Source: Octopus sinensis | Taxonomy: Eukaryota | Direction of reading: 5' to 3' | Length of the DNA stretch: 64,000 bases | Assembly: GCF_006345805.1 (NCBI RefSeq) | Contig: NC_043012.1 | Coordinates: 4,836,001-4,900,000 of the forward strand | Shown: in pieces, positions 51,671 through 64,000 of the stretch | Position numbering within the stretch: position 1 is the first letter of the stretch | Layout: the number at the start of each line of letters is the position of its first letter | The notes under the pieces: model-generated | The model's database searches: none | What the model was told of the DNA's origin: nothing | The model's input: the letters and a program-made list of their open reading frames with translations, nothing else | Position numbers and translations under genes: made by a program

Positions 51671-51673
51671 TCA

Positions 51674-51715
<42 letters not shown>

Positions 51716-51789
51716 TATTATTATTATTATTATTATTCAGTAGTTTTATTTAGTAGTTTTATATTTATAACGTGCTTTCACTTCACTAT

Positions 51790-51935
51790 GTGTGCCTTGG
51801 GTTTGTTGTGATGCTCTGATGGTTACTGCATTGAAAGTGTTCTGCGTAGGATGTGTGCAGTAACTAGTAGCACAATTTTCTGTATGTTATATGGGTTTGT
51901 AAGTCCTGGTGTTTTTGTTATGTATTTGTCTGAAT
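51790..51935 (-). mobile_element. 3' end of a second R4-like family in (TAA)n
   Basis: KTPGLTNPYNIQKIVLLVTAHILRRTLS* followed by a short UTR and (TAA)n. Confidence 0.7.
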
Positions 51936-51943
51936 ATTATTAA

Positions 51944-51974
<31 letters not shown>

Positions 51975-51982
51975 TATTATTA

Positions 51983-52038
<56 letters not shown>

Positions 52039-52895
52039 TTATCATTATTATTATTATTATTATATTATTATTATTATTATTATTATTTATTATTATTATT
52101 ATTATTTTTATTATTATTATTATTATAATTGCGTGCAAAATTTGTAGCCGTTATTTTTATTCTTATTATTACAATTATTTTTTGTTAAATAATTATCATT
52201 ATTATTAGTATTGTTATTTTTATTGTTGCTCTGCTTCTTGTACTTGTTTTCATTGATGTTCTTATTGAAGTTTGAATACTTTATTCAATATTCCAATTAC
52301 ATCTTTGATACTTTCCTTTTGTTAACTTACCGATCTTCCACGCTGTCGACATTCACAAGACGTTTTAAAAGTATGGACGTGTTATAATCACATCTGTCAA
52401 CTGTTCAACCAATCATTTCGATAAATCGGCCGTGAAATTTCCACCTCAACTTATTAAGGGAATAAATTGGTATTTCTTTGCTACTATGGTAACAAAGTCA
52501 ATTGATCTGTGATCTGTGTTCGCTGGTATGTGTGGATGTATGTATGTATGTATGTATGTATGTATGTATGTATGTATGTATGTACGTACGTATGTATGTA
52601 TGTATGCATATATGTATGTATGTATGAATGAATGTATTATGTATGCATGTGTGTATACATGGTTGTATGTAGTTGTGTGTGTCTGTGTGTTTGTGGGTAT
52701 CTGTGTGTGCCTGGGTGTATGTGAGTGCGTTTTGTGTACATCTATCGGAGCGTGTGTGTATACGCACACAAACACATATATATAGCCCCGACACTTACAT
52801 ATACCTATACATATGTATATATCTCTTATAGATATGCATTCATATACATTTATTCTCTCCATATGTATATATAATATATATATATATATATATTA

Positions 52896-52946
<51 letters not shown>

Positions 52947-53583
52947 GTATGTATAGGTATAAATTTATATATATATTATATATATTGTATATATTATATA
53001 TATATATATATATTGATACAGTGTATATAGACATAAATTTGCATAGATAATATGTGTGTCTGTGTGTGCATGTGTGAGTGTGTGTGTGATTACTGTATTG
53101 AAAGAGAAATAAGTTAGATGAAGATAAGTGAGACTAGATGTATCGGTTCCTTGTTTGATATTTAGCATAAATAATGAAGCATTTCTTCATAACTCTCTAT
53201 CTCTCCCAACAGTCGCTCAACTGATTGAAACATAATTACTATCGGATATATGTCTGTGCGGGTAGGTGTGCGTTTGTGTGTGTATGTTTGTATGTATACA
53301 TGTTTTATATATGTTAATATACATTTATCTATACTTGTCTATGTATATTAATATGTATATGTGTGTATATATATATATGTACATATATATTATATATAAT
53401 ATATAATGTATATATATATATATATATATATATGTACATATATATATGCATGTATATATATATACATGTATGCATATATATATATATATAATATATATTA
53501 TATATATATATATATAATATATACTATTATATATATATATACACACATATACATATTAATATACATAGACAAGTATATATATA

Positions 53584-53630
<47 letters not shown>

Positions 53631-53699
53631 TTATATAATAGTATATTATATATATATATAAAACATATATATTGGAACAGTAAGTATATTTGGAGAAAG

Positions 53700-54000
53700 A
53701 GAAAAATGACTTCACTGATTGTTCTAATCGGTTTAAATTATTATTTAAAAAATTTTTTTAATAATATATATTTTAGTGCAGAGATCTAGTAAGACCTTTA
53801 TTAACTTGGGTGTGGAATATTTAAAATAATCAGTTTTTCTTGTTAACTTCTTTGTAGAACTTTGTTGCATTTTTTGTTAAACAGATCTGAGAGTTTGAGG
53901 CTTTGTGATTCTATATATGGTATTTGGGTGTGTCTGGAGCTGGGTTGCGGTTTCTTAATCAGCGTGAGAATGAGAGATTATTAATGATTGATAACTGAAA
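53700..54000 (-). mobile_element. Possible highly degraded PLE RT fragment
   Basis: [15 protein letters not shown] followed by NNNL-like residues; weak similarity judged by eye. Confidence 0.25.
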
Positions 54001-54439
54001 GAAAGTAGCGAACGGTCAACACGAGATACTTGATTGGGGTTGGAGTTGGGAGGTGGTGGTGTGTTAAAGGAGTGTTTTATGAAGCCATTTGAGTAGCTGA
54101 CCTTTCGTTAGAAGTCTAATCACCAATTGTTTTTCCATATTCTTTCTTTTACTTACTTGCTATGTTTTACGTGTGCGTCTGGGTTGGTGGTGTTAATGAG
54201 GTGTAAGATACATGTCATTTGATAGCGATGTTTTTTGGTAGAATTGTTTTTTTATATGTATTTTGGTTGGGAGTAGAGGTGGGAAATATGCTAGCTCACA
54301 TATTTATTTCCCAATAAACAAAAAGTATATATACATTTCTCTCTCTCTCTCCACACACTCACACACACACACACATGCATATATATATATACACAGCTCC
54401 TCCACACACACACTTATATACATATATATATATATCGTG

Positions 54440-54815
54440 GAACACAGTCGGTTATGACGACAAGGGTTCCTGTTGATCCGATCAACGGAACAGCCTGCTC
54501 GTGAAATAAACGTGCAAATGGCTGAGCACTCAACAGACACATGCGCCCTTAAGGTAGATCTCGGTGAGATTCAGCGTGAAAGGGATTGTAACAAGGATGG
54601 CCCTTTGAAATACGGGTACAACAGAAACAGGAGGAAAGAGTGAGAGAAAGTTGTTGTGAAGGAACACAGCAGGGTTCACCACCACCCGCTGTCGGAGCCT
54701 CGTGAAGCTTTAGGTGTTTTCACTCAATAAACACTCACAACGCCCGGTCTGGGAATCGAAACTGCGATTCTATGACAGCGAGTCCGCTGCCGTAAACACT
54801 AGGTCATTTTGCCAC
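54440..54815 (-). mobile_element. SINE-C
   Basis: Matches 39443-39830; head GGGAATCGAAACTGCGATTCTATGACAGCGAGTCC. Confidence 0.9.
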
Positions 54816-55046
54816 CACACACACATATATACATATACATATATATATGCATACATACTTACACATACAAATGTACAAATATATATAAACAAATACAAAC
54901 ATGTCTATCCATAATTATATATATATATACGTATATAAAAGTATATTATAAGATATATATATACAAGTAAGATATAATTTTTAGTGTGTATATGCGATCG
55001 TGTATCTGTGTCTGTCCAGCGTGTATATTAATTGTAAGTATATATA

Positions 55047-55087
<41 letters not shown>

Positions 55088-55178
55088 CATATATGAATAT
55101 ATATTTCTTATACATATAAGTATATATATTTCATATATATTATATACACACTCACATATATATATATATACACACACT

Positions 55179-55222
<44 letters not shown>

Positions 55223-55850
55223 TATATATATTTATTTATACGTATCTATCTATCTATATATATATGTGTGTGCGTGCGTGTTTGTGTGCATATCTTGGAA
55301 AACAAATTTACCGAAGTATTAGTCCAGAGATAACATCTGTTATGGCGGCGTGCTGTGTTTAAAAACATTATACAATATTACGGAGACAGACGAACATTGT
55401 CTAATAATCCCTTGGTGAGAATGCTAGTTTCGCATTTCTTTCACATTGGGCGTCGTTAGTATCGGGTACTCACAGCCAATCGCATGTTAAGATGAAATCT
55501 GTCGCTACCGATATATGAAAACAATCACTGAACGATCACTGACTTTGCTACCTGCCGGCTAAAGAAGAATTGTTATATGAAAGGGAGGTAGTATTAGACT
55601 ATTATAGTCAACTGGATATCATGTGCCATGTAATTACAAAGTGAATGACAAATTTATCTTAAAGGTATGAATATATACTGTAACCCATAAAACTACCTAC
55701 GTAATAAACCACGACAAATTCATAAGTGTTTCCACTTATCAAGGTTCTTAATAAATGTCACCTGTTGATTTGTAACTGGTGATGAGGGGATCCTCCAGCT
55801 ATCATTATCCGATCTTCTATCGTAGAATCTTAAGACACCGTTACCTTACT

Positions 55851-56066
55851 TGGCAAATTCGTTAGCATGCCGAGCGAAATGCTTAGCAGCATTTCGTCTA
55901 CTGCTACGTTCTGAGTTCCAGATCCGACGAGGTCTACTTTGCTTTTCATCCCTTCTTGGTCGATACACTAAGCACCAGTTGTGTACTGGTGTTGATCTAA
56001 TAGACTGGCTCCTTCCCCCAAAATTACAGGCCTTGTGCCTATAACAGAAAGTACTAGTGCGTTATA
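55851..56066 (+). mobile_element. SINE-A with beta tail
   Basis: CGTTAGCATGCCGAGCGAAATGCTTAGC...CCCAAAATTACAGGCCTTGTGCCTATAACAGAAAG. Confidence 0.85.
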
Positions 56067-56889
56067 CATCCTCTTGTTATTTCTTCTTCCTAATTGCTTA
56101 TATTATGGATTGCCAATTTCATGCAGCGATTTAACTTAATTCATACAATATATTTTTACCTTTAATGAAGTTATGTTCAGTTTGTTGCTTTCCAGATATT
56201 GTTTATATAAAAAGGAATATTGTGTGTATGTATAGAGTCGAATTATTAGTTCAACCATCATGCTCCGGTGATCTGATGAAACAGCTTTATTTACGTTAAT
56301 TTGTGAATATACAAATCTATTGTATAATTCCGAGCATGCATATTGTTGAAAACATATCTTCCATACTGAAATGAGTACTAGATAAAGATAGTTGCGAAAC
56401 GTCCGTAATCTTATGGAATTAGATTGGATTTATAAATATATATTTATCTCCCATGTCTCCTGAATATGTTTTTATATACTCCTCATGGAAGAATCTCATC
56501 CCTTGAATTTTCTAAATTTTCAATTACATGGACTCTCTACATAAAGCGTATATGTACTTGATTACTGGGTAGACTGATAACCAAGTCTGTAGGAGGAGCT
56601 TCCCCTGAAACGCGCACGATTGACTGAATCCACACAACACTCTACTCATTTATATATATGCACAAATATTTAGGAAACAAAAATAAAATGTGACTGTTTA
56701 TAAAAACGTTAGTTACACTATCTAGGTAAATTCATTAAAATAAGATGGTTCTTGGTTACATAATACAAGGTATATAACCATTACTTACAGCGAAATCGAA
56801 ATATTGGGCTAAAATGATTATAGGATTGCAACAGTCTCAATCCATTTACATGATGGAGAATTCTATGATATTTTACACACATACACACA

Positions 56890-56943
<54 letters not shown>

Positions 56944-57072
56944 CATTCACGCAGATGCACATATGAATGTATGTATGTTTGTATGCGTTTAGGTAAATAC
57001 GTATATCTGTATTATATGTAAATATATATCAGTATATGTGTGTGTGTATGTTATATAAATATATATATATAT

Positions 57073-57112
<40 letters not shown>

Positions 57113-57114
<2 letters not shown>

Positions 57115-57333
57115 TTTATTTTAAGCAGCAGAAAATTCAACAAAATCTGTTACTCTGAGTTTCTCGTTGCCGTTCATCAGACAGTTTTTGCAAAAACTGT
57201 CTGATGAACGGCAACGAGAACTCAGAGTAACAGATTTTGTTGAATTTTCTGCTGCTTAAAATAAAGCTATTACTCTACACTGGTATTTGAGTACTCTTTT
57301 TTCCACCTTGTTTCACATTTATGTGTTTACTCC

Positions 57334-57335
<2 letters not shown>
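57113..57335. mobile_element. PLE-type terminus with a perfect inverted duplication (palindrome 57113-57267)
   Basis: 78/77-bp arms, centre TTTTTG|CAAAAA at 57190/57191, one 1-nt indel; non-duplicated continuation to about 57335; flanked by (TA)n. Confidence 0.8.
57141..57190 (-). ncRNA. Minimal type I hammerhead ribozyme motif
   Basis: CAAAAACUGU-CUGAUGA-ACG GCAA CGA-GAA-ACU CAG AGU-A/ACAGAUUUUG; stem I 9 of 10 bp, GNRA loop, GUA triplet; A-A mismatch closing stem II. Confidence 0.7.
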
Positions 57336-57418
<83 letters not shown>

Positions 57419-57427
57419 TATATATAT

Positions 57428-57911
<484 letters not shown>

Positions 57912-57929
57912 TATATGTATATATATAAA

Positions 57930-58172
57930 GTGTGAATGAGGATGGCTCAGTGGCTAGAGCGTCGATCTTACGACCGTGAGGTTGTGAGTTCGAATCTCGG
58001 GCCAGTCTGCGTTTTGTGTTCTTGAGCAAGACACTTTATTTCATGTTGCTCCAGGCTGGTATGCACAGGCAACTGCTGGTCTTCCACTAACAACCTTGCC
58101 CGGACTTGTGCCTTGGAGGATAACATTCTAGGTGCAATTCTATCGTCATTTCTGACCAAAGGGGGTCTCCGC
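57930..58172 (+). mobile_element. SINE-D (tRNA-derived head, own tail)
   Basis: TGGCTCAGTGGCTAGAGCG...GAGTTCGAATCTC, core TTGAGCAAGACACTTTATTTCATGTTGCTCCAG shared with 59465-59790. Confidence 0.8.
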
Positions 58173-58180
58173 AATATATA

Positions 58181-59409
58181 TAACGTCATCCCATAAGTTC
58201 TTTCCGAATTTGCCTTTTTTTAAATTGAATGAAAGTTGATAGTATTTTAGAATGTCTAATGGAATAAAAAAAAAATTATGCATTTGTGAACATTTTAACT
58301 AATTAAATATTTTTTTACAGAATAATAGAATTAAAGTCACTTTGGTTAAAACCCTTTCTAACATGGAAGTATCCAAAGAGCATTAAAGGCACATAATGCT
58401 TTATGAGTACAAAAAAGGAAACTCTGCAGACGAAGCGACTGGAAACATACACTCAGTTTATGGGAAAGAATGCTTGAATGAAAGAACTTGCAGAAGATGG
58501 CTTGCAAAATTCAGAAGTGGACATTTCAGTCATGAAAATGAAGGTCGAACAGGACGTCCAGTTGAGTTTGATGATAAGCCCATTGAGGCATTACTTGAAG
58601 AAAATCATGCATTATCAGTTGAAGAATTGGTAATAATGCTTAGTTCAAACTGTTCATCGTCATCTTCAAAAATGGGTGCCTAATGAATTGTCCGAAAGCA
58701 ACTGCAAATACCGAATTGACATCTTATCTTTATTCTCGCGAACTCATTTCATCCTTTTTGGATAGACTTGTGACTGGTGACGAAAAATGGATCTTCTATC
58801 GAAATGTTAAACGTCGTAAACAGTGGATTGGTAACAGGGAAAAAGCTCAACGACAACTGAGAATGGAGCTTCATGAGCAAACGTTTCTTCCCTCTATCTG
58901 GTGGGATTGCAGAGGAGTAATTCACTTTGAATTGTTACCAGCTGATGCAACAATCAATGCTCAATCTACTGTCAGCAATTAGAGCGTTTGAACCAAGCTT
59001 TGAAGCTTTAGTGAATCGATAAGGAATGATGTTTCATCAGGACAATACGTGACCCCACACTGCAAGATCACATCACAGAAGATCGAGAGCTTGGTTGGGA
59101 AAATATTCCTCATGTACCTTATTCTCCCGACCTTGCTCCTTCAGACTACCATTTATTTTGTAGCTTACAGAATCATTTGGGGGACATAACTTTTGCAAGC
59201 CAGGAGGAGGTCGAAACTGACATTTCAGAGTTCTTCGCTTTAAAACCAAATGAGTTTTACATTGATGGAATTATAAAGCTTGTAAATAGGTGGTAGGAAG
59301 TCATAGATAAACAGGGAAAATACTTTGATGATTAAATTTCAATTAAATATAACATTTGATCACTTGTTTAATTTAATCAAAATTCGGACAGAACTTATGA
59401 CATGACCTG

Positions 59410-59410
<1 letters not shown>
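58181..59410 (+). mobile_element. Near full-length mariner (1.23 kb), pseudogenised DD34D transposase
   Basis: About 30-bp TIRs (GTCATCCCATAAGTTCTTTCCGAATT / AATTCGGACAGAACTTATGACATGAC) with TA flanks; ATG 58363, WVPNEL, LVTGDEKWIFY, PYSPDLAPSDYHLF; several stops and frameshifts. Confidence 0.95.
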
Positions 59411-59464
<54 letters not shown>

Positions 59465-59465
<1 letters not shown>

Positions 59466-59790
59466 GGAGCACTCCGTCGGTTACGACGTCGAGGGTCTCA
59501 GCTGATACGATTAACGGAACAGCTTGTGAAATTAACGTGCAAGTGACTGAGCATTCCACAGACACGAGTACCCTTAACATAGTTCGCAAGGATATTCAGC
59601 GTGACACAGAGTGTGACAAGGCTGGCCCCTTTCTGAAATACAGGTACTACTCATTTTTGCCAGCTGAGTGGACTGGAGCAACGTGAAATAAAGTGTCTTG
59701 TTCATGGACACAACGCGTCGCCGGGAATCGAACTCACAACCTTACGATCATGAGCCGAATGCCCTAACCACTAAGCCACGTGCCCTCACA
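59465..59790 (-). mobile_element. SINE with D-type head/core and C-type tail
   Basis: 59465-59645 matches the SINE-C tail; 59650-59790 matches the head/core of 57930-58172. Confidence 0.88.
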
Positions 59791-60500
59791 TATATATATA
59801 TATATATATACATACATACAAACATACTGACATACATACATATGTATATGTGCACGCACTCTGACACACATGCATGCATACAAAAAATAAAGAAAAAACG
59901 CAATTCCGTAAAAAATTAAGTAAATAAGTGGAAATCAGATCGGTGAGTGTGTTAAATTAATAGGGCACTAAAAGAGATTCTCCCCAGACACAATAAAATA
60001 ACATTCAACACACGAATTCCCATAAAGAATCTTGCAAACCACAAAGAAAAACGAAATATATATATGTTTGTATGTGTTTGTCGGTGTATGTGCATATATG
60101 TATAAATGCTTTTGTGTCGGCTTTGTGCGTATGTATGTGTACACTCAAATACACGCACAGACATACACACATACACACACACACTTATACACATACACAA
60201 ACGCATACACACACAGATACATATATAACAAAGGACACAAAGAAGAATGCTTCATTAATACGTGCATATGTGAAGTAGCCGACAACAAGGAGACTCTCAG
60301 AGGCGTTGAGCATTAATCTAATTTTATGTATTTTCCAGTTACAATATAGCCATATGCTGCGTCGGGGTGATACATGTATGACACGAACGACATACAAAAG
60401 CAAACTAGTTTATCTACCGCAACACGATCAAATGTGTATGAGTAGCTATATATGTCACGTCTCTCTAAATGCATATATACACATATGTATGTACGTATGC

Positions 60501-60556
<56 letters not shown>

Positions 60557-60797
60557 ATATATGGTAAATGTGTGGGTAGGTACTTGTGTATATGAAGAAC
60601 AACGATATCATAATAACAGCAAATATACTTACATAAATAAATTATCTTTATACAGAGGAAAGGGCTTCATGCCAACCTCTAACAAGGAAAATAGTATTAT
60701 CTATTATGATATATCTACCGTCGTATATAGTAATATATCTGTATTCTACTTATACACATATCCCACACTCACTCGCACGCACACACACACACATACG

Positions 60798-60869
<72 letters not shown>

Positions 60870-61329
60870 TATATTTATTTAATGTATCATATGTTTATAA
60901 ATATTATATGATTATATATTCGGGTTGTATTAATGTCGTTGTCAATAATTTCATTTGCATCTTTTGTCTTTCGAATAGTTTTGCGGGTTGATGGTTGTTT
61001 ATTGTCTCACACAAATTGGTTGATATGATATTCAGCTTTATTCTTCGAAAGATACCAGATATCTCTATCGTTCTCCATCACATCTACTCTCCTACCAACT
61101 GTTTATCTCGCTCTGCATTCCCTCCCTTTTCTCTCTGTCTCTGTCTGTCTGTATATATATCTCTCTCTCGCTGTATTTGTCTCTATCCCTCCTACACCGT
61201 GTTTTGCTCGGTGTAATAATTGTGATGTACATCTGGTGATATTACTTCGTTTTCTGTGACATAGACAGCCTATCACCTCACGCCAGTTGAGGGTTACTAC
61301 AAGTAACTATTTTATAGACGCAATGTCGG

Positions 61330-61480
61330 CAGGGTGATACAAAGCTTGCTTCTCAATGGCTTGGTTCCGTGTTCGGTCCCTCTGCATGGTATCTTGGTTG
61401 ACAGTCAGCTACTATAGCGCGAGACCGTCCAAACCGTTAAGGAATCTGTTAGGCGGAAACTAAAAGAGGCCTATCGTATA
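61330..61480 (+). mobile_element. Old SINE-B 5' part
   Basis: GTTCGGTCCC, GCTACTATAGC, GGCGGAAACTAAAAGAGGCCTATCGTATATAT. Confidence 0.65.
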
Positions 61481-61487
61481 TATGTGT

Positions 61488-61549
<62 letters not shown>

Positions 61550-61585
61550 GATCGTCAGTGCAATTATATGTATATGTATGTATGT

Positions 61586-61763
61586 ATAGGTGTCAATTCC
61601 GCACAGCTGTTTCCAACCAATTTTTGAATTGTTTAATGGCTGCGCTGTGTTATTATAAAAGCCCCATTTTCTTCAGATGAATACATGAACTACATTTTAG
61701 GAACATTTAAAAACATTTTAAATCCACGGTATGTGGAAACAGCTGTAAGGAACTGATAACTAT
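61586..61763. mobile_element. MITE-like element with ~30-bp TIRs
   Basis: ATAGGTGTCAATTCCGCACAGCTGTTTCCA ... TGGAAACAGCTGTAAGGAACTGATAACTAT. Confidence 0.75.
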
Positions 61764-62059
61764 CCATCGTTTGATATTTATTTATTAATGATTAAACTTT
61801 CTGGGAACCTGCTTTTCGCGTGTTCCGAAGTCTATTATGGACCATACATTTAATACAATGTGCGCTTCCAGATTAGCCCAAGGGCTGGTAATATACTCCA
61901 GCTGGATTCAACTTATTTTATACATAAGCTAGATATGTTTCTCTCTGTATTTCGGTACCAATGTTTGTATTCGTCTATAGTTGCTGAATATGCATTTTAT
62001 TTTGACCCAAAACGGTGCATAACCATTTAAGTTCCTTATTCACTTGAATCTTAATATAT

Positions 62060-62400
62060 ATATAGGGAGGTCACCAATTGTGCGTCTGAAAATCTAATTA
62101 ATGTTATAACCTGCTTGGATTGTGGATATACTATATAGGACAGACGGGTATGACATTTAGACGGAGAACCATTCTACATAAAGAGCACATCCGGTACCCG
62201 CAATACAGACAGATTCCTTTAAGTGAACAGATAGAGAGATGTACAGGTAACAACAAACCACATTTCACAGTTTTCCCTTTCTATCAGTGCAAAGATATAA
62301 TTTCCCCTTCTATTATTACAAATATACAAGAACGTTTAAATAAAGAAAATTTATTCATCGAAAAATACAGAATACGTCTAAATAGGCACGCATAACCAAC
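62060..62400 (+). mobile_element. Penelope-like element GIY-YIG endonuclease remnant
   Basis: NCASENLINVITCLDCG (frameshift) YYIGQTGMTFRRRTILHKEHIR...RLNKENLFIEKYRIRLN. Confidence 0.88.
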
Positions 62401-62910
62401 TTCGATCTCTATATATGTCTTAATTCCCGATTAGATACGCTTCACTGTACATATTCCTCCCCACTACTCTAGCTTTTGAATTTTTGTGTATATTCGCCCC
62501 CACCACCACCACCACCACCACCGAAAGATGAACAATTATCTCCCCTGTCGACAATAATAACGATCACTAATTACCTCTCCTTGGATTTTTCTACTTGTTG
62601 AAACATTCATTCATTAACTCCGCTCACAACATGAACAAAAAAATTTTCTGAAGAAAATACGCATTGAAAATAATTTTTAATGTTATGATTAGCGAAAGCG
62701 AAATCGGATGACAAACACAATATAAATATATTTAAAAATATATTAAAACTATGTAAAATTTGTGCATGTTCCTTCTTTAATTTATTTCATGTATATATAT
62801 ATATATATTGTCAGTAGATCATATATCCAAAAAGGAGGCACACACTAAACGCAGCGCAGTAATGTATTTGCTGGAAGAGTTAATTATATTAAATCACCGA
62901 TGTCCGCAGC

Positions 62911-62978
62911 CATTGGAGTCTGACGAGTTGTCTATAAGGTTAAGTGCTTATGGATCCGAAACAACTGGTCACTCTATG
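62911..62978 (+). ncRNA. Type I hammerhead ribozyme in a putative PLE terminal repeat
   Basis: UGGAGU-CUGACGA-G...C-GAAAC-AACUG-GUC/ACUCUA: 6-bp stem I, G10.1-C11.1, 8-bp UCUAUAAG/CUUAUGGA helix in stem II, GUC triplet at 62968-62970. Confidence 0.8.
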
Positions 62979-63128
62979 ACCGGATAAAAAATTAACTTCC
63001 TATATAATGATTATACCAGTGGGCAACGTATAAAAGCACCATATACTTAAAAACATATATACTTAAAAATTATACTTACTTATAATTGTATACTTACATA
63101 TTAATTTTACCGATATATACAATATATA

Positions 63129-64000
63129 CGAGGGACGTTCAATAAGTAATACCTCTGACCCACTTGCAATTGTTTGATCTAGCTGAAATTGTGCATGTGC
63201 AATTATTTATATCTCTATAGAGTAAGTGGCAAATTACAGCTCTGAATTAATTGTGGTTTCTGATTTACAGGTGTTTGAACCGAGTCAAGTGTGAAATGGA
63301 GCCTGTTGAGTGTCGAGCAGTGATCCGGTTTTTGTATTTGAAAGGACGCACACCACGGGAGACTTTTGATGAAATGAAAGTAACTTATGGTGATGATGCC
63401 CCATCATATGACCTTGTAAAACGCTGGCATCGTGAATTCAAACATGGTCGGAACTCTGTGGAAACAGCTCCCAGATCTGGTCGCCCCTTCTGCCATTGAT
63501 GAGACATCTGTCCGTCAAGTTGAGGCTGCCATTTTGGAAGATCGACGCATAATTATTCGCCAAATAGCCCATGAGGTCAAGATTAGTACGGGTCTGTGGA
63601 AACTATCATTCATGACCATTTGCATATGCAAAAGGTGTCTGCCAGATGGATTCCCAGGTGCTCACGCCTTTCCAGAAGCAAGAACGCGTCGAGTGCTCGA
63701 GGGTGAATTTGGAGATGTGCCAAGAAGATGAGTCAAAATTTTCAAAAAACTGATTACACAGGATAAAACCTGGGTCCATCACTATGCTCCAGAGACCAAA
63801 GCCAGTCAATGCAGTGAAGCACCGTGACTCAACCCTCCTCCAAAGAAGGCAAGGGTGCAGCCCTCCGCTGGCAAGGTCATGCTCACAGTCTTCTGGGACC
63901 AGGACGGAGTAGTGATGACAGATTTCTTGGCAAAGGGTACCACAATTGCAGGAGCCTATTATGCTGCACTTTTGAGGAAATTAAGAAAAGTTATCAAAAT
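63129..64000 (+). mobile_element. Mariner element 5' part (runs off the window), frameshifted transposase
   Basis: TA|CGAGGGACGTTCAATAAGTAA; ATG 63296 MEPVECRAVIRFLYLKG...PRSGRP; ARWIPR; KVMLTVFWDQDGV...YYAALLRKL. Confidence 0.93.

Noticed and set aside
56581-56623. CUGUAGG-AGG...CCU-GAAACGCGC hammerhead-like string
   Set aside because: Two core mismatches and no intact triplet; at best a very eroded copy.
60330-60440. TTTTCCAG acceptor followed by an open frame LQYSHMLRRGD
   Set aside because: No clear donor or homology; expected by chance in AT-rich DNA.

Overview
Eukaryotic, very AT-rich scaffold DNA with one 100-N gap (2902-3001). The dense microsatellites and SINE types look like a cephalopod, most likely Octopus (inference). 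I can support no intact host gene, rRNA, functional tRNA or CRISPR array; nearly all listed ORFs are microsatellite translations. The window is a transposon graveyard: four groups of tRNA-derived SINEs (labelled A-D here), five Tc1/mariner remnants, a Helitron helicase remnant, a Helentron-like element, MITE-like foldbacks, RLE-type (R4/Dong-like) LINE fragments and several Penelope-like element (PLE) remnants. The most interesting signals are: (i) minimal type I hammerhead ribozyme motifs in PLE-type termini, including a near-intact one at 62911-62978 downstream of a GIY-YIG remnant and one in a loopless 155-bp palindrome at 57113-57267; (ii) head-plus-184-bp-unit SINE multimers with one recurrent junction, one of them a trimer inside a single TSD; (iii) an in-frame chimera of two Tc1/mariner families; (iv) R4-like LINE segments in reversed order within TAA repeats.
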